Shown here one piece after another: positions 9,565 to 19,972 of a stretch of 64,000 nucleotides of DNA. The translations under genes and the position numbers were made by a program. The stretch is from Candidatus Levyibacteriota bacterium. Its GTDB lineage: Bacteria; Patescibacteriota; Microgenomatia; Levybacterales; UBA12049. Position 1 is the stretch's first letter. The number at the start of each line of letters is the position of its first letter. Where the stretch lies: assembly GCA_052034235.1 (NCBI GenBank), contig JBPOIT010000009.1, positions 72,203-136,202 on the forward strand. Direction: 5' to 3'. The notes beneath the pieces were generated by a model. That model did no database searches. It saw only the letters and a program-made list of their open reading frames with translations, and was not told the origin of the DNA.

Positions 9565-10917
9565 ATGGACTCACATTTAGCCGCTATCTGGGATAAAGTA
9601 CTAACAGATATAAAACCAAAAATTTCTGATGGTAATTACGCTGTTCTTTTTAAGCCTACATATCTTCTTTCTCTTGCTGACGATATAGCAACAGTTGCTG
9701 CACCCAACACAATGATTATTAATCTTCTAAATAGACGTTTTCTTTCTGATATTAAATCTCTTCTTGATACACATACAGGAAAAGACCTTACTATTCTTTT
9801 TGTTCCCCGTGCACCACTCCCAGTTGAGAAAAAACATAATCATGAAGCAGGGCCTCTCTTTACTGAAAATAAGGTTCTTACCAAACCTATGGTCGGACAT
9901 CTTCCTCGTGTCAGACCAGAATATACCTTTCCTAATTTTGCCGTTTCTTCAAGTAATCAATTAGCGTTTGTTTCAGCGACAACAGTTGCTAAGAATATTG
10001 GACAGTCATACAACCCACTTTTTATCTATGGACCTGTCGGTGTCGGAAAAACCCATCTTATGCATGCCATTGCAAACTACGCATATCTGGGAGCTCCTGA
10101 AAAAAAAATTATTTATATAACCAGTGAAGAATTCACAAATGAAGTCATTGAGGCAATCCGAAATAATGATACTGCACGAATGAAGAAGCGTTTCCGTTCA
10201 GCATATGTTCTACTCATTGATGATATCCAGTTTATTGAAGGGAAGGATAAGGTTCAGGAAGAACTCTTCCATACCTTTAATATCCTTATTGATAACCAAT
10301 CACAAATTGTCCTTTCGTCTGATAGACCGCCGCATGAAATCAAAAAGCTTGAAAAGCGCTTATCTTCTCGCTTTGCAGGAGGTTTAACTGTTGATATTGA
10401 AAAACCGGATATTGAACTTAAAACAGCGATATTACAGAAGAAAGCAGAAAAATACGGCCATGAACTTCCGACAGACATTGCGATGTCACTTGCCGAGCAA
10501 GCAGAAGACACAAGAAGTCTTGAAGGTCTTTTGCTTCGGGTCATAACAGAAGCAACGACAAACAACACAAAAATCAGTCTTGAATCTGCACAAAATGCCA
10601 TGGGGAATTACGCACAAAAAAAGGCAGAACATATATATGCTGAAGATGTCATTAATGCCGTTTGTACATACTTTCATATAAAGACAACACAGTTAAAGGG
10701 TCCTAAAAGAGATGCATCATTGGTAAAAGCACGACAGCTCACCATGTACTTATTAAAACATGAATTAGGATTAACACTTGTTGAAATTGGAAATCTTCTT
10801 GGCGGCCGTGACCATACGACAATTAAGCACGGTGTGGATAAGATAGAGGTGCTTGTGGAAAACAAGGCTGCGGTCTCTCAGGATATCTCTGGGATAACTA
10901 AATCATTTCGGGGATAA
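9565..10917 (+). CDS. dnaA: chromosomal replication initiator DnaA
   Basis: YNPLFIYGPVGVGKTHL, LLIDDIQF, QEELFHTFN, GGRDHTT. Confidence 0.98.
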   Translation: MDSHLAAIWDKVLTDIKPKISDGNYAVLFKPTYLLSLADDIATVAAPNTMIINLLNRRFLSDIKSLLDTHTGKDLTILFVPRAPLPVEKKHNHEAGPLFTENKVLTKPMVGHLPRVRPEYTFPNFAVSSSNQLAFVSATTVAKNIGQSYNPLFIYGPVGVGKTHLMHAIANYAYLGAPEKKIIYITSEEFTNEVIEAIRNNDTARMKKRFRSAYVLLIDDIQFIEGKDKVQEELFHTFNILIDNQSQIVLSSDRPPHEIKKLEKRLSSRFAGGLTVDIEKPDIELKTAILQKKAEKYGHELPTDIAMSLAEQAEDTRSLEGLLLRVITEATTNNTKISLESAQNAMGNYAQKKAEHIYAEDVINAVCTYFHIKTTQLKGPKRDASLVKARQLTMYLLKHELGLTLVEIGNLLGGRDHTTIKHGVDKIEVLVENKAAVSQDISGITKSFRG

Positions 10918-11158
10918 GTATGTGGGATAACTCTCTTCTTATTCTTATGAACATTTTATCCCAAAAGTTATGAACATTTTATCCACATTCTTTCAGTCAT
11001 AAAACCCAAAATTACATATATACTATATAGGATTTTAAAATATGCTAATTATTACTGTTTTATGAGGAAAGTTTAAAAAAAATGACACTTATGAGTCTTT
11101 TTGTTCTTGATTTTTTCCACATTTCCCTATACACTACTACAACTACAAGTATATATAT
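10833..11158. other. replication origin oriC (dnaA 3' end and dnaA-dnaN intergenic region)
   Basis: DnaA boxes TGTGGATAA 10833, TGTGGAAAA 10854, TTATCCACA 10979, TTTTCCACA 11113; 17-bp direct repeat ttatgaacattttatcc at 10945 and 10968; trio-like ctactacaactac ~11134-11146, then a TA run. Confidence 0.85.
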
Positions 11159-12268
11159 ATGAAGGTTTCCCTATTGACGGCAAATTTACAAAAAAAGCTT
11201 TCGTTTCTTAATCACGCTATCTCTTCAAAGAACCAACTACCAGTATTACTTAATATACTCATCGAGGCAAATGGTGAAGTGATTACACTTAGCAGTACTG
11301 ACCTTGAAGTTGGAATAGAAATAAAGATACCAGCAATAATCGAAGAAGAGGGATCAACTACAGTTCCAGCAAAAACGTTCTCTGAACTTATTAACTCACT
11401 TTCTGAAGAAACAGTCACGCTTCACACAACTGATAATAAACTTGAAGTTGTAACACGAAAAACAAATAGTATCTTCCAAACAATTAACGCTGAAGAATTT
11501 CCTTCTCTTTATGAAGAGAAAGGAGAAAAGATCGCAACACTTCTTTCTGAAGATATACAAAAAGATTTTTCATCTGTTGTCTTTGCAGCAAGTCAAGATA
11601 CGACGCGTCCAGCACTATCCGGAGTATTAGTCAGAAGAGAGGACGAAGGCTTCTTGCTCGTCGCTACAGACGGTTACAGACTATCTCTTAAACATTACAA
11701 GACAGAGAAAGAAGGGGAGTCTGCAAATTCTTCATATATTATTCCTGCACGGGTTTTTAAAGAACTCTTATCGATGAAGGATGAAAAAGGCGAAATAACA
11801 ATGCATGTAGCCTCAGGAAAGAATCAAATCCTTTTTGAACAGAACCAAACGGTATTGGTCGGAAGATTAATTGAGGCAGAATTTCCGAATTTCGAAAAAA
11901 TTATCCCTGCAGATTTCTCAGTAAGTGTTTCGTTTGAAAAAGAAGATATGCAAAAAGCTGTGAAGATTTGTTCCATTTTTGCAAGAGATGCGGCGAATAT
12001 TATTAAATTTTCACTTAGAAAGGATCAGATAATCGTTTCATCACAATCACCAGCACTAGGTGAGAATACGGTTTCTGTTGACGCAAAGCTCAATGGCGAA
12101 GAAAACGAGATCGCATTTAACGCCCGCTACTTACTTGATCTCTTTTCAAACAGTGATGATAAAGAAATGGTCTTTGAAATGACAGGCCCGCTTAATCCAG
12201 GAGTTTTCAAAATAGCCAACGATCCATCCTATCTCCATCTCATCATGCCTATTAGGGTTCAGGGGTAA
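11159..12268 (+). CDS. dnaN: DNA polymerase III beta sliding clamp
   Basis: STDLEVGI, VATDGYRLS, IAFNARYL, LIMPIR; follows dnaA. Confidence 0.97.
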   Translation: MKVSLLTANLQKKLSFLNHAISSKNQLPVLLNILIEANGEVITLSSTDLEVGIEIKIPAIIEEEGSTTVPAKTFSELINSLSEETVTLHTTDNKLEVVTRKTNSIFQTINAEEFPSLYEEKGEKIATLLSEDIQKDFSSVVFAASQDTTRPALSGVLVRREDEGFLLVATDGYRLSLKHYKTEKEGESANSSYIIPARVFKELLSMKDEKGEITMHVASGKNQILFEQNQTVLVGRLIEAEFPNFEKIIPADFSVSVSFEKEDMQKAVKICSIFARDAANIIKFSLRKDQIIVSSQSPALGENTVSVDAKLNGEENEIAFNARYLLDLFSNSDDKEMVFEMTGPLNPGVFKIANDPSYLHLIMPIRVQG

Positions 12269-12275
12269 AAGCTAA

Positions 12276-12929
12276 TTACTCGTAAATCTTTATATATTTA
12301 ATATAGTCATCAACAGTCATCGGAGGGAAAAGTCTAGTTTCAAGCACACTTCCTGTTTGTGAATTAGCTACGAAGGCGATACCTAAATTTGCATAAATAT
12401 ATTCTTCGGCGTTTGGGCCAAAAAATGATGATCCGATAATCTTATATTCTGGATTGCCATAGCTTTCTGTGAAGTGGCTAATTTGCGCTGCTGAATCAGC
12501 AGTAGTAATTTTGCGTTCAAGAAGAATGTTATTGCCCTGGGTAATATAAATATTAGGTCGAGAAGGATTTATTGAAGCTAATGTGTGTTTTACTAATCCA
12601 TTAGGAAGAGTTTCTGATTCTTGAAAGCCTGGCAATGTGTTTATGGGCGCTTCTAATTCTGTTTCATATTCAATTTGGTCAAAATTGATTGATGGAATAG
12701 GGAGTATTGTCATACTTGGTTGTGATGATGGTCTAGTTTGTCCAGGTAATGTTGTTGGTGTGAAAGTCGTATTTGATGTCTCAGGGGTTGATTTCTGAAC
12801 TGGAGTTTGTGGTTGAGATATATAAATTAGTAGCCCAATAAATAATAGTAAAGGTATCGCTGGAATCAGCAGCCATTTATATGTGGCAATAAACCCATAA
12901 ATTTTATCTTTGAAAGCAGAAACATTCAT
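12276..12929 (-). CDS. hypothetical N-terminally anchored protein with Pro/Thr-rich linker (distal gene of the T4SS-like run)
   Basis: one TM followed by a PT-rich stalk and a globular domain; co-directional with the upstream cluster. Confidence 0.7.
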   Translation of the reverse strand: MNVSAFKDKIYGFIATYKWLLIPAIPLLLFIGLLIYISQPQTPVQKSTPETSNTTFTPTTLPGQTRPSSQPSMTILPIPSINFDQIEYETELEAPINTLPGFQESETLPNGLVKHTLASINPSRPNIYITQGNNILLERKITTADSAAQISHFTESYGNPEYKIIGSSFFGPNAEEYIYANLGIAFVANSQTGSVLETRLFPPMTVDDYIKYIKIYE

Positions 12930-12934
12930 AATTA

Positions 12935-13669
12935 TTAGCATCCAGGTTCCCAAAAAGTTAATTTTTTTTGCAGTTTAATATCAACATGAAAATGATCATC
13001 GTGCCCAGCAATATATTTCATAACCAGTCCAGTAGATCTATTTGTATCACGTGCATATTTCAAAACAGCGGCATTTACTGCTTGATCGTTATACCAAATA
13101 TTCTCAATAAGATTTGTATCCACAAACATTTTACCAAGCTCAATTGTTTCAGTATCGTTGCTCATTTGAGCCACACGTCTTTTTCCATCAATGTCACCAT
13201 AAATATCTACTGCGCGGCCAATATTATGTGATTTATGACCTGATGCGTTTAAATCGCCTATCCATAATTTGCCATTTGGATATTTTTCTTTCCATCTTAT
13301 AGCAACTGTATTCAGCACACCGACAAGATCCTTATGACCATATCTTTGGTTAGAGCATGCATAGAGAGTATATAGTTCTTTTGGTGCTGGAATTGAGGAT
13401 ACTGGCATCAGGCAATATCCATCGGATTTACATGTTATATTTGGAGGATATGTAATACCTTCTGCTCCGACACCGCTATTACAATTAGGGGGAAGGTTCG
13501 CAGGTGTTCCTTGAATATTTATGTTTACAATAACACAGTTGCTCGTTACCGCTTGAGCTGATGATGTGAAAATGAACGTGAAGAAAACACTAAAGGTGAA
13601 AGTTACTACAGCTAAGAAAAGTGTGCGGTTAATCATAACTAAGATAATCTTACCTATTTTAACAACCAT
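12935..13669 (-). CDS. secreted LAS-type zinc peptidoglycan endopeptidase (MepA/M74-like)
   Basis: IGDLN..GHKSHNIGRAVDI (HxSHxxGxxxD) and GHDDHFHV (HxH); signal/TM N-terminus. Confidence 0.75.
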   Translation of the reverse strand: MVVKIGKIILVMINRTLFLAVVTFTFSVFFTFIFTSSAQAVTSNCVIVNINIQGTPANLPPNCNSGVGAEGITYPPNITCKSDGYCLMPVSSIPAPKELYTLYACSNQRYGHKDLVGVLNTVAIRWKEKYPNGKLWIGDLNASGHKSHNIGRAVDIYGDIDGKRRVAQMSNDTETIELGKMFVDTNLIENIWYNDQAVNAAVLKYARDTNRSTGLVMKYIAGHDDHFHVDIKLQKKLTFWEPGC

Positions 13670-14192
13670 CAGGCAAGGGGTTAAAGTCTTTGATAGTCTG
13701 AGGATCGAGCGTTGCTTTTATATCGTAATTAAGGTAAAAGCTGACTGGGTAATTACATATACCTTCATCACTAACACCAAAGGTTCGGAACCAGTTTGTC
13801 GCAGCGGTTTTAGCTTCAGCAATATTTGCTGTGAGTATTTCAACTTGAAATGTATCTACGGAAGAGACATATTCTATACTGAACTGCGAAGACATATAAA
13901 GTATGCCTGATAATTGTCCAGGTGGTCGAAGTGAAAGAATCTTTTCTTTCGCAGCAATATCCCAACTTGCTAATGGAGATTTTTGTGATACTTGCTCAAG
14001 GTATCGCTGCTGAGGTGACGTGAATGGTGATTGAGTAAAATCAGGTGGAATAGATGAAGGTTGAACATTCATTGATGGCTGATTTGGGGATTCTTGGTAG
14101 TAACCAGTTGAGTAAATGATTATAAAGATAATCAAACATGCAAAGACTATAATTGTCGGTTTATACTTTTTTATGAATAATAAAAATGACAT
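13659..14192 (-). CDS. hypothetical membrane-anchored protein, paralog of 14195..14758
   Basis: shares SGILY, FQVEILT, WFR..G.S..GIC..PV.FYLN and a C-terminal PL..C with its neighbour. Confidence 0.75.
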   Translation of the reverse strand: MSFLLFIKKYKPTIIVFACLIIFIIIYSTGYYQESPNQPSMNVQPSSIPPDFTQSPFTSPQQRYLEQVSQKSPLASWDIAAKEKILSLRPPGQLSGILYMSSQFSIEYVSSVDTFQVEILTANIAEAKTAATNWFRTFGVSDEGICNYPVSFYLNYDIKATLDPQTIKDFNPLPDGC

Positions 14193-14194
14193 GA

Positions 14195-14758
14195 TTAACA
14201 ACTATTTGCTAGTGGACTAAAAATGGTTCCTGTTCCGCGAAGTTTTGTCATGGTGTCAGAGTTGAGATAAAAGAGGACAGGAAGGTCACAAATGCCTTTT
14301 TGACTCATACCTCGCGCACGAAACCAAACGTTGGCTTCTGCTTTTGCAGCAGAAATGTCGGTTGTTAATATTTCAACCTGAAACATATTTGCATTGTTCG
14401 TGAAGTCAATAATAATTGTGTCAGATTGGTAGAGGATACCAGAAGGATTCTCCTTGGGTAATGTAGAGAGAATTGTCGCTTTTGCAAAGGTATCGTTATC
14501 TGATAGTGGTATGCGGTTTACAATTTTATCAAGGAGCTTGTCTTGGGCGATTTCGTTATAAGCAACTGGTGGTATATGTGAATTTAAGGAAGGGGTTGGT
14601 GAAAGTGTTGGCAGTATCCGTACTTTGTTTTCTGAAGTATCGTTCAGAGCGGGTTTAGATGAACTATTCGTAAATGCAATGAAAGCTGTTAAAACAACAA
14701 TGATTAGTAGGATTATGCCAAATACAAAAGAAAGAAGGTCACCTTTATTTTTTTTCAT
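14195..14758 (-). CDS. hypothetical membrane-anchored protein, paralog of 13659..14192
   Basis: N-terminal TM, PT linker, same shared motifs. Confidence 0.75.
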   Translation of the reverse strand: MKKNKGDLLSFVFGIILLIIVVLTAFIAFTNSSSKPALNDTSENKVRILPTLSPTPSLNSHIPPVAYNEIAQDKLLDKIVNRIPLSDNDTFAKATILSTLPKENPSGILYQSDTIIIDFTNNANMFQVEILTTDISAAKAEANVWFRARGMSQKGICDLPVLFYLNSDTMTKLRGTGTIFSPLANSC

Positions 14759-14794
14759 AGTATGTCGTTAGTATAACTGCTTGAGGTATGAGCA

Positions 14795-16897
14795 TCAACG
14801 TGCGCATGACCAATATCTGCCCAAACTCCCAATTTTTTTGCCATAGGTTGTCGCATTTTCTGTTTGGATTTCCCAGTTCAAATCACCACGGTCATTTATA
14901 CCATTTTTACCTTCCGCCGGAGGAGGAAGCCCTGGTGGTGAACTGCTTCCCATCTGGTAAAGTCCCCAGGCACCAGCTGCATCAGGTGTTCCTGTATTTG
15001 GGTTTGCATACGCATTAGGGTTATAACCACTCTCACAAGGAACGATCTTATTAAACCAAACATCAGCATTTGCTGGGTCTGCCTGCTTGAGAAGTGCAAA
15101 TAATTTGTCTTTACTAAAATTACATTGAGGATTGCCAAAATTCTTTCCGATGGTGTTACCAAGAGCACCAGCTGCATCTTTGCCATTACACAGGATATTG
15201 CTTGGAGCTACCCATGTACCTGAAATACCTCCTACTGCTCCAATGGTGTTTACTTCAGCCCAAGTAACAAGGTGAGTCTTATCCTTTGTTACTTTATACT
15301 TTATTGTGATAGTAAAGTTTGGGGGATTAAGAAGTGGAGCAGTAACGTTTTCAGAAGCTTTCCATGTTATTGTTTTGGCTGTCGGATTGAAAAGACGTAC
15401 TTGCCAATCCGAAGTGATGTCAGCATCAAGTAAACTAATCCCGTCAGGTAAGTGATCAATAACGATTACCTCTTGTGCAGGCTTTGTATCTTTAACGGTG
15501 ATAGTAAAAGTGACAATGTCTCCAACTTTTGCATCAAGAAGTGGTGGCAATATTTTTACTTTTTCAACTGTTAATGTCTCAAGAATTGCGTTTTCATTCG
15601 CTCTTTTTTCTTCTTCTTTATCGTTGAAAATGAAAAGGAGAAACATAACAACTAAAAATAATACAATCGCGCCACCTAGTATAGCAAGGCCAACTGGTGT
15701 TTTCGTGAAGAAAAAGATAAGTCCTCTTTCTGCCAGTTTCTTAGTTGCTGCTCCGCCCAATGGATTTGAAGGAACTTTGGGAAATCCGCTTTTAAAATTT
15801 CGACTTGGCACTCTGCCCCGCCTACTATTTGGACCTCTACCATCGTTTCTGTTTCTATCCTCACCATTGTCAGAATCATCATCGTCTTGCGAATCGTCTT
15901 GTTCATATGGGCTTGAAGTGGGATACTCAGGCTGAGGCCCTGGTTCATAGAAGTCAGCTCTAGTATTGCCAAGGACATTGTCATCGTTTGGATTGCCAGG
16001 TTGTCCCCGGTCAAACTCCTCAATGGAATAAGGATCAAAGTCCTCGACAACCCTATCTTCTAGTGGAAGAGGAGGCGGGATATATTTTCGCAGTCCTGGA
16101 ATAACAGCATCTTTTTTGCTAGGAGGAAGTATTATTTTTGTTTTTGGTTTTTTTGTAACCGGCTTTATTTGATTAATTGATTGGTCAGTTTTACCAGCTG
16201 GTGTAGCCGCGGCTTTCGTTATTAGTGATATATCTGGTTTTGTGTTAAAGGGTGAAGATTTTGATCCTTGCGGCAATGGTTTATCGTAACTGCTTTTTTT
16301 CACTGGATCTGTATTCCCTCCACGGAAGATGTTGGTTACAGTTCGTTGCCGTGGAATTTTAGGGATATTCTGGTTGATTGGTATACTTTGGTTGATAGCT
16401 TTTGTGGATGGTGTGCTTACTCCGAACGGGGAAGTACTTTTACTTGTTCTCTCGGTAGAAGCTGCGACTGCTGCTGATACTGTAGTAAGATTTTTTTCGT
16501 CCTTCTTTATATCAGAATAATTACCATTTACTTCAAATGGATTTGGTTTTTTTACTGGACCATGATATCCTTCTTCTTCCTTTTTTTCTTTCTTCTCGGG
16601 TTTTTCTGTTGCAATTTTTCGTATCTCCAGTTCAGCTTCATGATGAATACGGGCGACTATAGCTTTTATATCAGCAATATTTTTTGTAGTAGATGTATCT
16701 CTTTTCGCTTTTAATACTGCATTTTTGATGAGGTCTATGACTTTTGGATTCATAAGTCCTGCCTCATTGGACGTAAGAGAAGAGTTTTTAGTAAGACGTG
16801 CTTCAGGAAGATCCATGAGGTGATCAACAAGTTCTTGGATTTCTTTGTTGAGCGTAGTTATTCGTTCTATTTTGGGATCCTTCGTATCGGTAGCCAT
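14795..16897 (-). CDS. bitopic protein: disordered N-terminus, TM, DUF11 Ig-like domain, C-terminal lysozyme/lytic transglycosylase-like domain (VirB1-like)
   Basis: VGDIVTFTITV...VIDHLPDG (DUF11); CESGYNPNA...GAWGLYQM (SLT-like ES and GLxQ motifs). Confidence 0.65.
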   Translation of the reverse strand: MATDTKDPKIERITTLNKEIQELVDHLMDLPEARLTKNSSLTSNEAGLMNPKVIDLIKNAVLKAKRDTSTTKNIADIKAIVARIHHEAELEIRKIATEKPEKKEKKEEEGYHGPVKKPNPFEVNGNYSDIKKDEKNLTTVSAAVAASTERTSKSTSPFGVSTPSTKAINQSIPINQNIPKIPRQRTVTNIFRGGNTDPVKKSSYDKPLPQGSKSSPFNTKPDISLITKAAATPAGKTDQSINQIKPVTKKPKTKIILPPSKKDAVIPGLRKYIPPPLPLEDRVVEDFDPYSIEEFDRGQPGNPNDDNVLGNTRADFYEPGPQPEYPTSSPYEQDDSQDDDDSDNGEDRNRNDGRGPNSRRGRVPSRNFKSGFPKVPSNPLGGAATKKLAERGLIFFFTKTPVGLAILGGAIVLFLVVMFLLFIFNDKEEEKRANENAILETLTVEKVKILPPLLDAKVGDIVTFTITVKDTKPAQEVIVIDHLPDGISLLDADITSDWQVRLFNPTAKTITWKASENVTAPLLNPPNFTITIKYKVTKDKTHLVTWAEVNTIGAVGGISGTWVAPSNILCNGKDAAGALGNTIGKNFGNPQCNFSKDKLFALLKQADPANADVWFNKIVPCESGYNPNAYANPNTGTPDAAGAWGLYQMGSSSPPGLPPPAEGKNGINDRGDLNWEIQTENATTYGKKIGSLGRYWSCAR

Positions 16898-16944
16898 ACA
16901 TTAATAGTAGCAGAGAATATGTAGTTTGGTAAAACTTCTATAAC

Positions 16945-19308
16945 TTATGTTTTTGTTGGATCTTGTTTGCCAAGGCCGGTGGTAGGAGCTGAGACGTTAC
17001 CACCGACATGAGGAGAATTCATTAATGATGGGTGTGTTGCGTCATCTATGGGAGGAGTGCCTGGTGCAGCGCTCGTAGGGGCAGGTACGTCAAATGTTGC
17101 TGTTTGTTTGGTTAGAATCGGTGCAGCACTTGGGTCTTGACCAGCTGCTTTTTCTGCAGCTAATTTTTCTGCAGCGAGTGCAGCAGGACTTCCCGGGACA
17201 TGCTCGACTGGAGGAGGTGCCGTTGGGTTGCTGCTTAAATTTGCCCCAGTAGGCACTGCGTGTCCGTCTGCAGGTGTTTGGTGCTTTGTTGGTTCAGCAG
17301 CAGGAGCGGGTGCAACAGTGGCTCCTCCACCTGCCGGCGCATCTGGTGGTGGGGTATGTGTGGAATAGGAATGTGGAGCTGTCGGTTCTTCAGGTGGTGT
17401 GGCTGTTTCAGCATCAGCTTTGTCAGCTTCTTTTTCTGCTCCCTCTGCTTTGAGCATTCGTTCTTTGTCTTGCTGTCTTTTTAAGAGCTCAATAGGGTTG
17501 GAGGTTATCAGCTCATGTTCAAAAGGCGCGGCAAACACCTTCATAGCAACGTGATTTTGTCCTGCAAAAAAGAGTCCTTCTCCAACATCAGAGGAAAGGA
17601 GTAATGCTTTTTCACCTTCAGAAAGGTAAAAAGTTTCAGCGATCATGTCGACTTCAGCCGTGCCTTGTTTGAGAAGCACCTGAATGGAAGAGTTGGTGAG
17701 AACAGCTTTACCGTATTCATTTTTCAAAAAGTCTTCAACATCCTGCGTTGCAGTTGTGAGTCCCAGATAATATTTACGCGCACGTTTGGCGATAGAATAG
17801 ACAAAGGAAGCTGAGTCAGGATATTTCATCATGTACCAGCCTTCATCAAGAATCAAAATACGTTTCTTTAAGGATTTCTTCACTTTCGTCCACACGAAAT
17901 CAAGAATAATATGCATAGCCACAGGACGAAGCGCTTCCTCCATATTTCTGATAGAGAAGACAGTTAAAGGATTATTGATAGCAAAGTTTGACTGTTGGTT
18001 AAAAATACCGGCGGCACTTCCTTTGATGAACTTTTCAAGCATATAAGCAATTTCGCGAGAAGGCTGACTTTCCATACCCAGAAGTGTTTTATACAAATCT
18101 TCCATAAGTGGTGGCTCCCGTTTTTGGGTGGCAGGATCTGTTGTAATACCTTTCTGTCTGTATGTCTCAATAAGCGCACGGTCAAGGATAGCGTCGTGTT
18201 CTGCATCCAAATCCCCGGTAATAATTTTTAGTAACCCATGTAGAGAGAGAATTTTAAGCCCGAGCTCGTTTTCGCCTTCTTCGTAAATATCAGAAAGATC
18301 AAACGGATTAATTTTAATTTCAGAGCTTGACGAGAAATCAACAACTTCGCCCCCTAATGCAGGCGTTAAGGTAACATATTCTCCGTCAGGGTCAATAACG
18401 ATAACCTCAGCACCAAGCATAAATTGCCTACTGATTTCGAGTTTGATGGTATACGATTTTCCGGCACCGGATTTTCCTAACACAACTTCGTTAGCGTTTT
18501 CAAGAGAAAACCTATCAAAGATAATAAGTGATCCGTTTTGTTGATTGACTCCATACATAACACCTTTGTTTTGGGTCAGAATTGCGGACGTGAACGGAAA
18601 AGTCGACGCAAGAGAAGAGGTGTCCATATTGCGCGTGACATACAATTTATCAATACCCATAGGAACAGTCGTCTTGAAACCTTCTTCCATTTGCAGTGTC
18701 GCTATCTTTCCGGTGACAAGCAATCCTCCAAGTGCTGTTTGAAGTTCTTTTACGGTTTCTTTGAGCTTTGGCAGTTCTTCGTCCGAAATCGTCAGATAAA
18801 ATCCGAACTGAAAGAACCGCTCAATACCTTTTGCGAGTTCTTCTTGGAGTCCAAGTGCGTCTTCAAGCGCAGCTTCAACACTCGGATCTGCTACTTTTCC
18901 TTGTTCAGCATCAGATGAAAGTGTCGCTTCCATTTCTCCAATTTTTCTTTTTAAATCAGCTAACACGTCTGAGGAAGACGTAGGGTAACAAAACATAGCA
19001 ATATCAAGGGTATGATCATAATCAATAATTGGTTGCAGCCAGCCTGGTGATACGTAACGTGGGTATCCAGCGGCAAAAAGTGTCGTGTAATATGTATCGC
19101 CAACGCGTATGTATCGGAAATCAACTTCAACTGATGAAGGAGCTATGATGTCAACGACGGATGTAAGTCCTTTTTCTACAGTTTCAATTGCTTTACTTGT
19201 CGGTGGTGCTGCAACAGCAGCTTTTGCAGCTTTTCCAGCCATAGGAGCTGTGCCTGCTTTTTGAACAGTAGTGGTTGTGGGTTTTGCATTGCCGAATGGT
19301 AATTTCAT
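16945..19308 (-). CDS. virB4: VirB4/ConE-like T4SS ATPase with Pro/Ala-rich C-terminal tail
   Basis: Walker A GKSGAGKS, VIDPDGEY, Walker B ILDEGW, KRARKY, TQDVEDFL. Confidence 0.9.
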   Translation of the reverse strand: MKLPFGNAKPTTTTVQKAGTAPMAGKAAKAAVAAPPTSKAIETVEKGLTSVVDIIAPSSVEVDFRYIRVGDTYYTTLFAAGYPRYVSPGWLQPIIDYDHTLDIAMFCYPTSSSDVLADLKRKIGEMEATLSSDAEQGKVADPSVEAALEDALGLQEELAKGIERFFQFGFYLTISDEELPKLKETVKELQTALGGLLVTGKIATLQMEEGFKTTVPMGIDKLYVTRNMDTSSLASTFPFTSAILTQNKGVMYGVNQQNGSLIIFDRFSLENANEVVLGKSGAGKSYTIKLEISRQFMLGAEVIVIDPDGEYVTLTPALGGEVVDFSSSSEIKINPFDLSDIYEEGENELGLKILSLHGLLKIITGDLDAEHDAILDRALIETYRQKGITTDPATQKREPPLMEDLYKTLLGMESQPSREIAYMLEKFIKGSAAGIFNQQSNFAINNPLTVFSIRNMEEALRPVAMHIILDFVWTKVKKSLKKRILILDEGWYMMKYPDSASFVYSIAKRARKYYLGLTTATQDVEDFLKNEYGKAVLTNSSIQVLLKQGTAEVDMIAETFYLSEGEKALLLSSDVGEGLFFAGQNHVAMKVFAAPFEHELITSNPIELLKRQQDKERMLKAEGAEKEADKADAETATPPEEPTAPHSYSTHTPPPDAPAGGGATVAPAPAAEPTKHQTPADGHAVPTGANLSSNPTAPPPVEHVPGSPAALAAEKLAAEKAAGQDPSAAPILTKQTATFDVPAPTSAAPGTPPIDDATHPSLMNSPHVGGNVSAPTTGLGKQDPTKT

Positions 19309-19967
19309 TTCTTTGCCTCCGTAACCATTGTAGCTTGTATTCCTGGTTCTACTTGTTCCACATTAATCCCAGTTCCCTCATTATAAATATCATAAAAAAC
19401 CTTTATCAAATCTTCCTTCTCAAGCACTCTTGCTGAGGTCGCAAATTTTTGCAACTGACCGAGGAGTGTTGATGCTTTTGTATTCAATGCTTTCTTCGCA
19501 TCGACGGCAGTGATTTGTGCCTGAGACATGCCTTTTTGGACCGTTTGTGTTACAGCACTCACTCCAGCTTCAAGTGGAGAATAGGGGATAACGATATAAA
19601 ACGATTTACTCAAAACAACATTAACAGTAACCATCTCATGTACGAACGTGCGGTAATACTCAATATATTGTTTTAATTGTGGATTTTCAGTTTGGGCGAT
19701 AATCTCATCAAGCGATTTAAGATAGATTGAGATGTCGATGCGTTTATTTCTAATGAGAATTTGGATAGGGAAAGAGAGTGAGTTAAGAAGTGATGCGTAC
19801 GCAAAGATGCGGGTATCTTGTTCACGGCGTGATAGGAGCGCGAAGTTACTTGCTGTGATTTCGATAATCATGCAAGCAGCGCCTCCTTCAAGAACAACCA
19901 CATTGTCAACAAAGTCGACAATTTCGGTAAACTTTTGCGTTGTAGCATGTATTTTTTGGGCAGCCAT
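19305..19967 (-). CDS. T4SS accessory protein upstream of VirB4 (conserved CPR-type)
   Basis: ASNFALLSRREQD...LLNSLSFPIQI...FYIVIP; overlaps the virB4 start. Confidence 0.7.
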   Translation of the reverse strand: MAAQKIHATTQKFTEIVDFVDNVVVLEGGAACMIIEITASNFALLSRREQDTRIFAYASLLNSLSFPIQILIRNKRIDISIYLKSLDEIIAQTENPQLKQYIEYYRTFVHEMVTVNVVLSKSFYIVIPYSPLEAGVSAVTQTVQKGMSQAQITAVDAKKALNTKASTLLGQLQKFATSARVLEKEDLIKVFYDIYNEGTGINVEQVEPGIQATMVTEAKK

Positions 19968-19972
19968 ACGTT

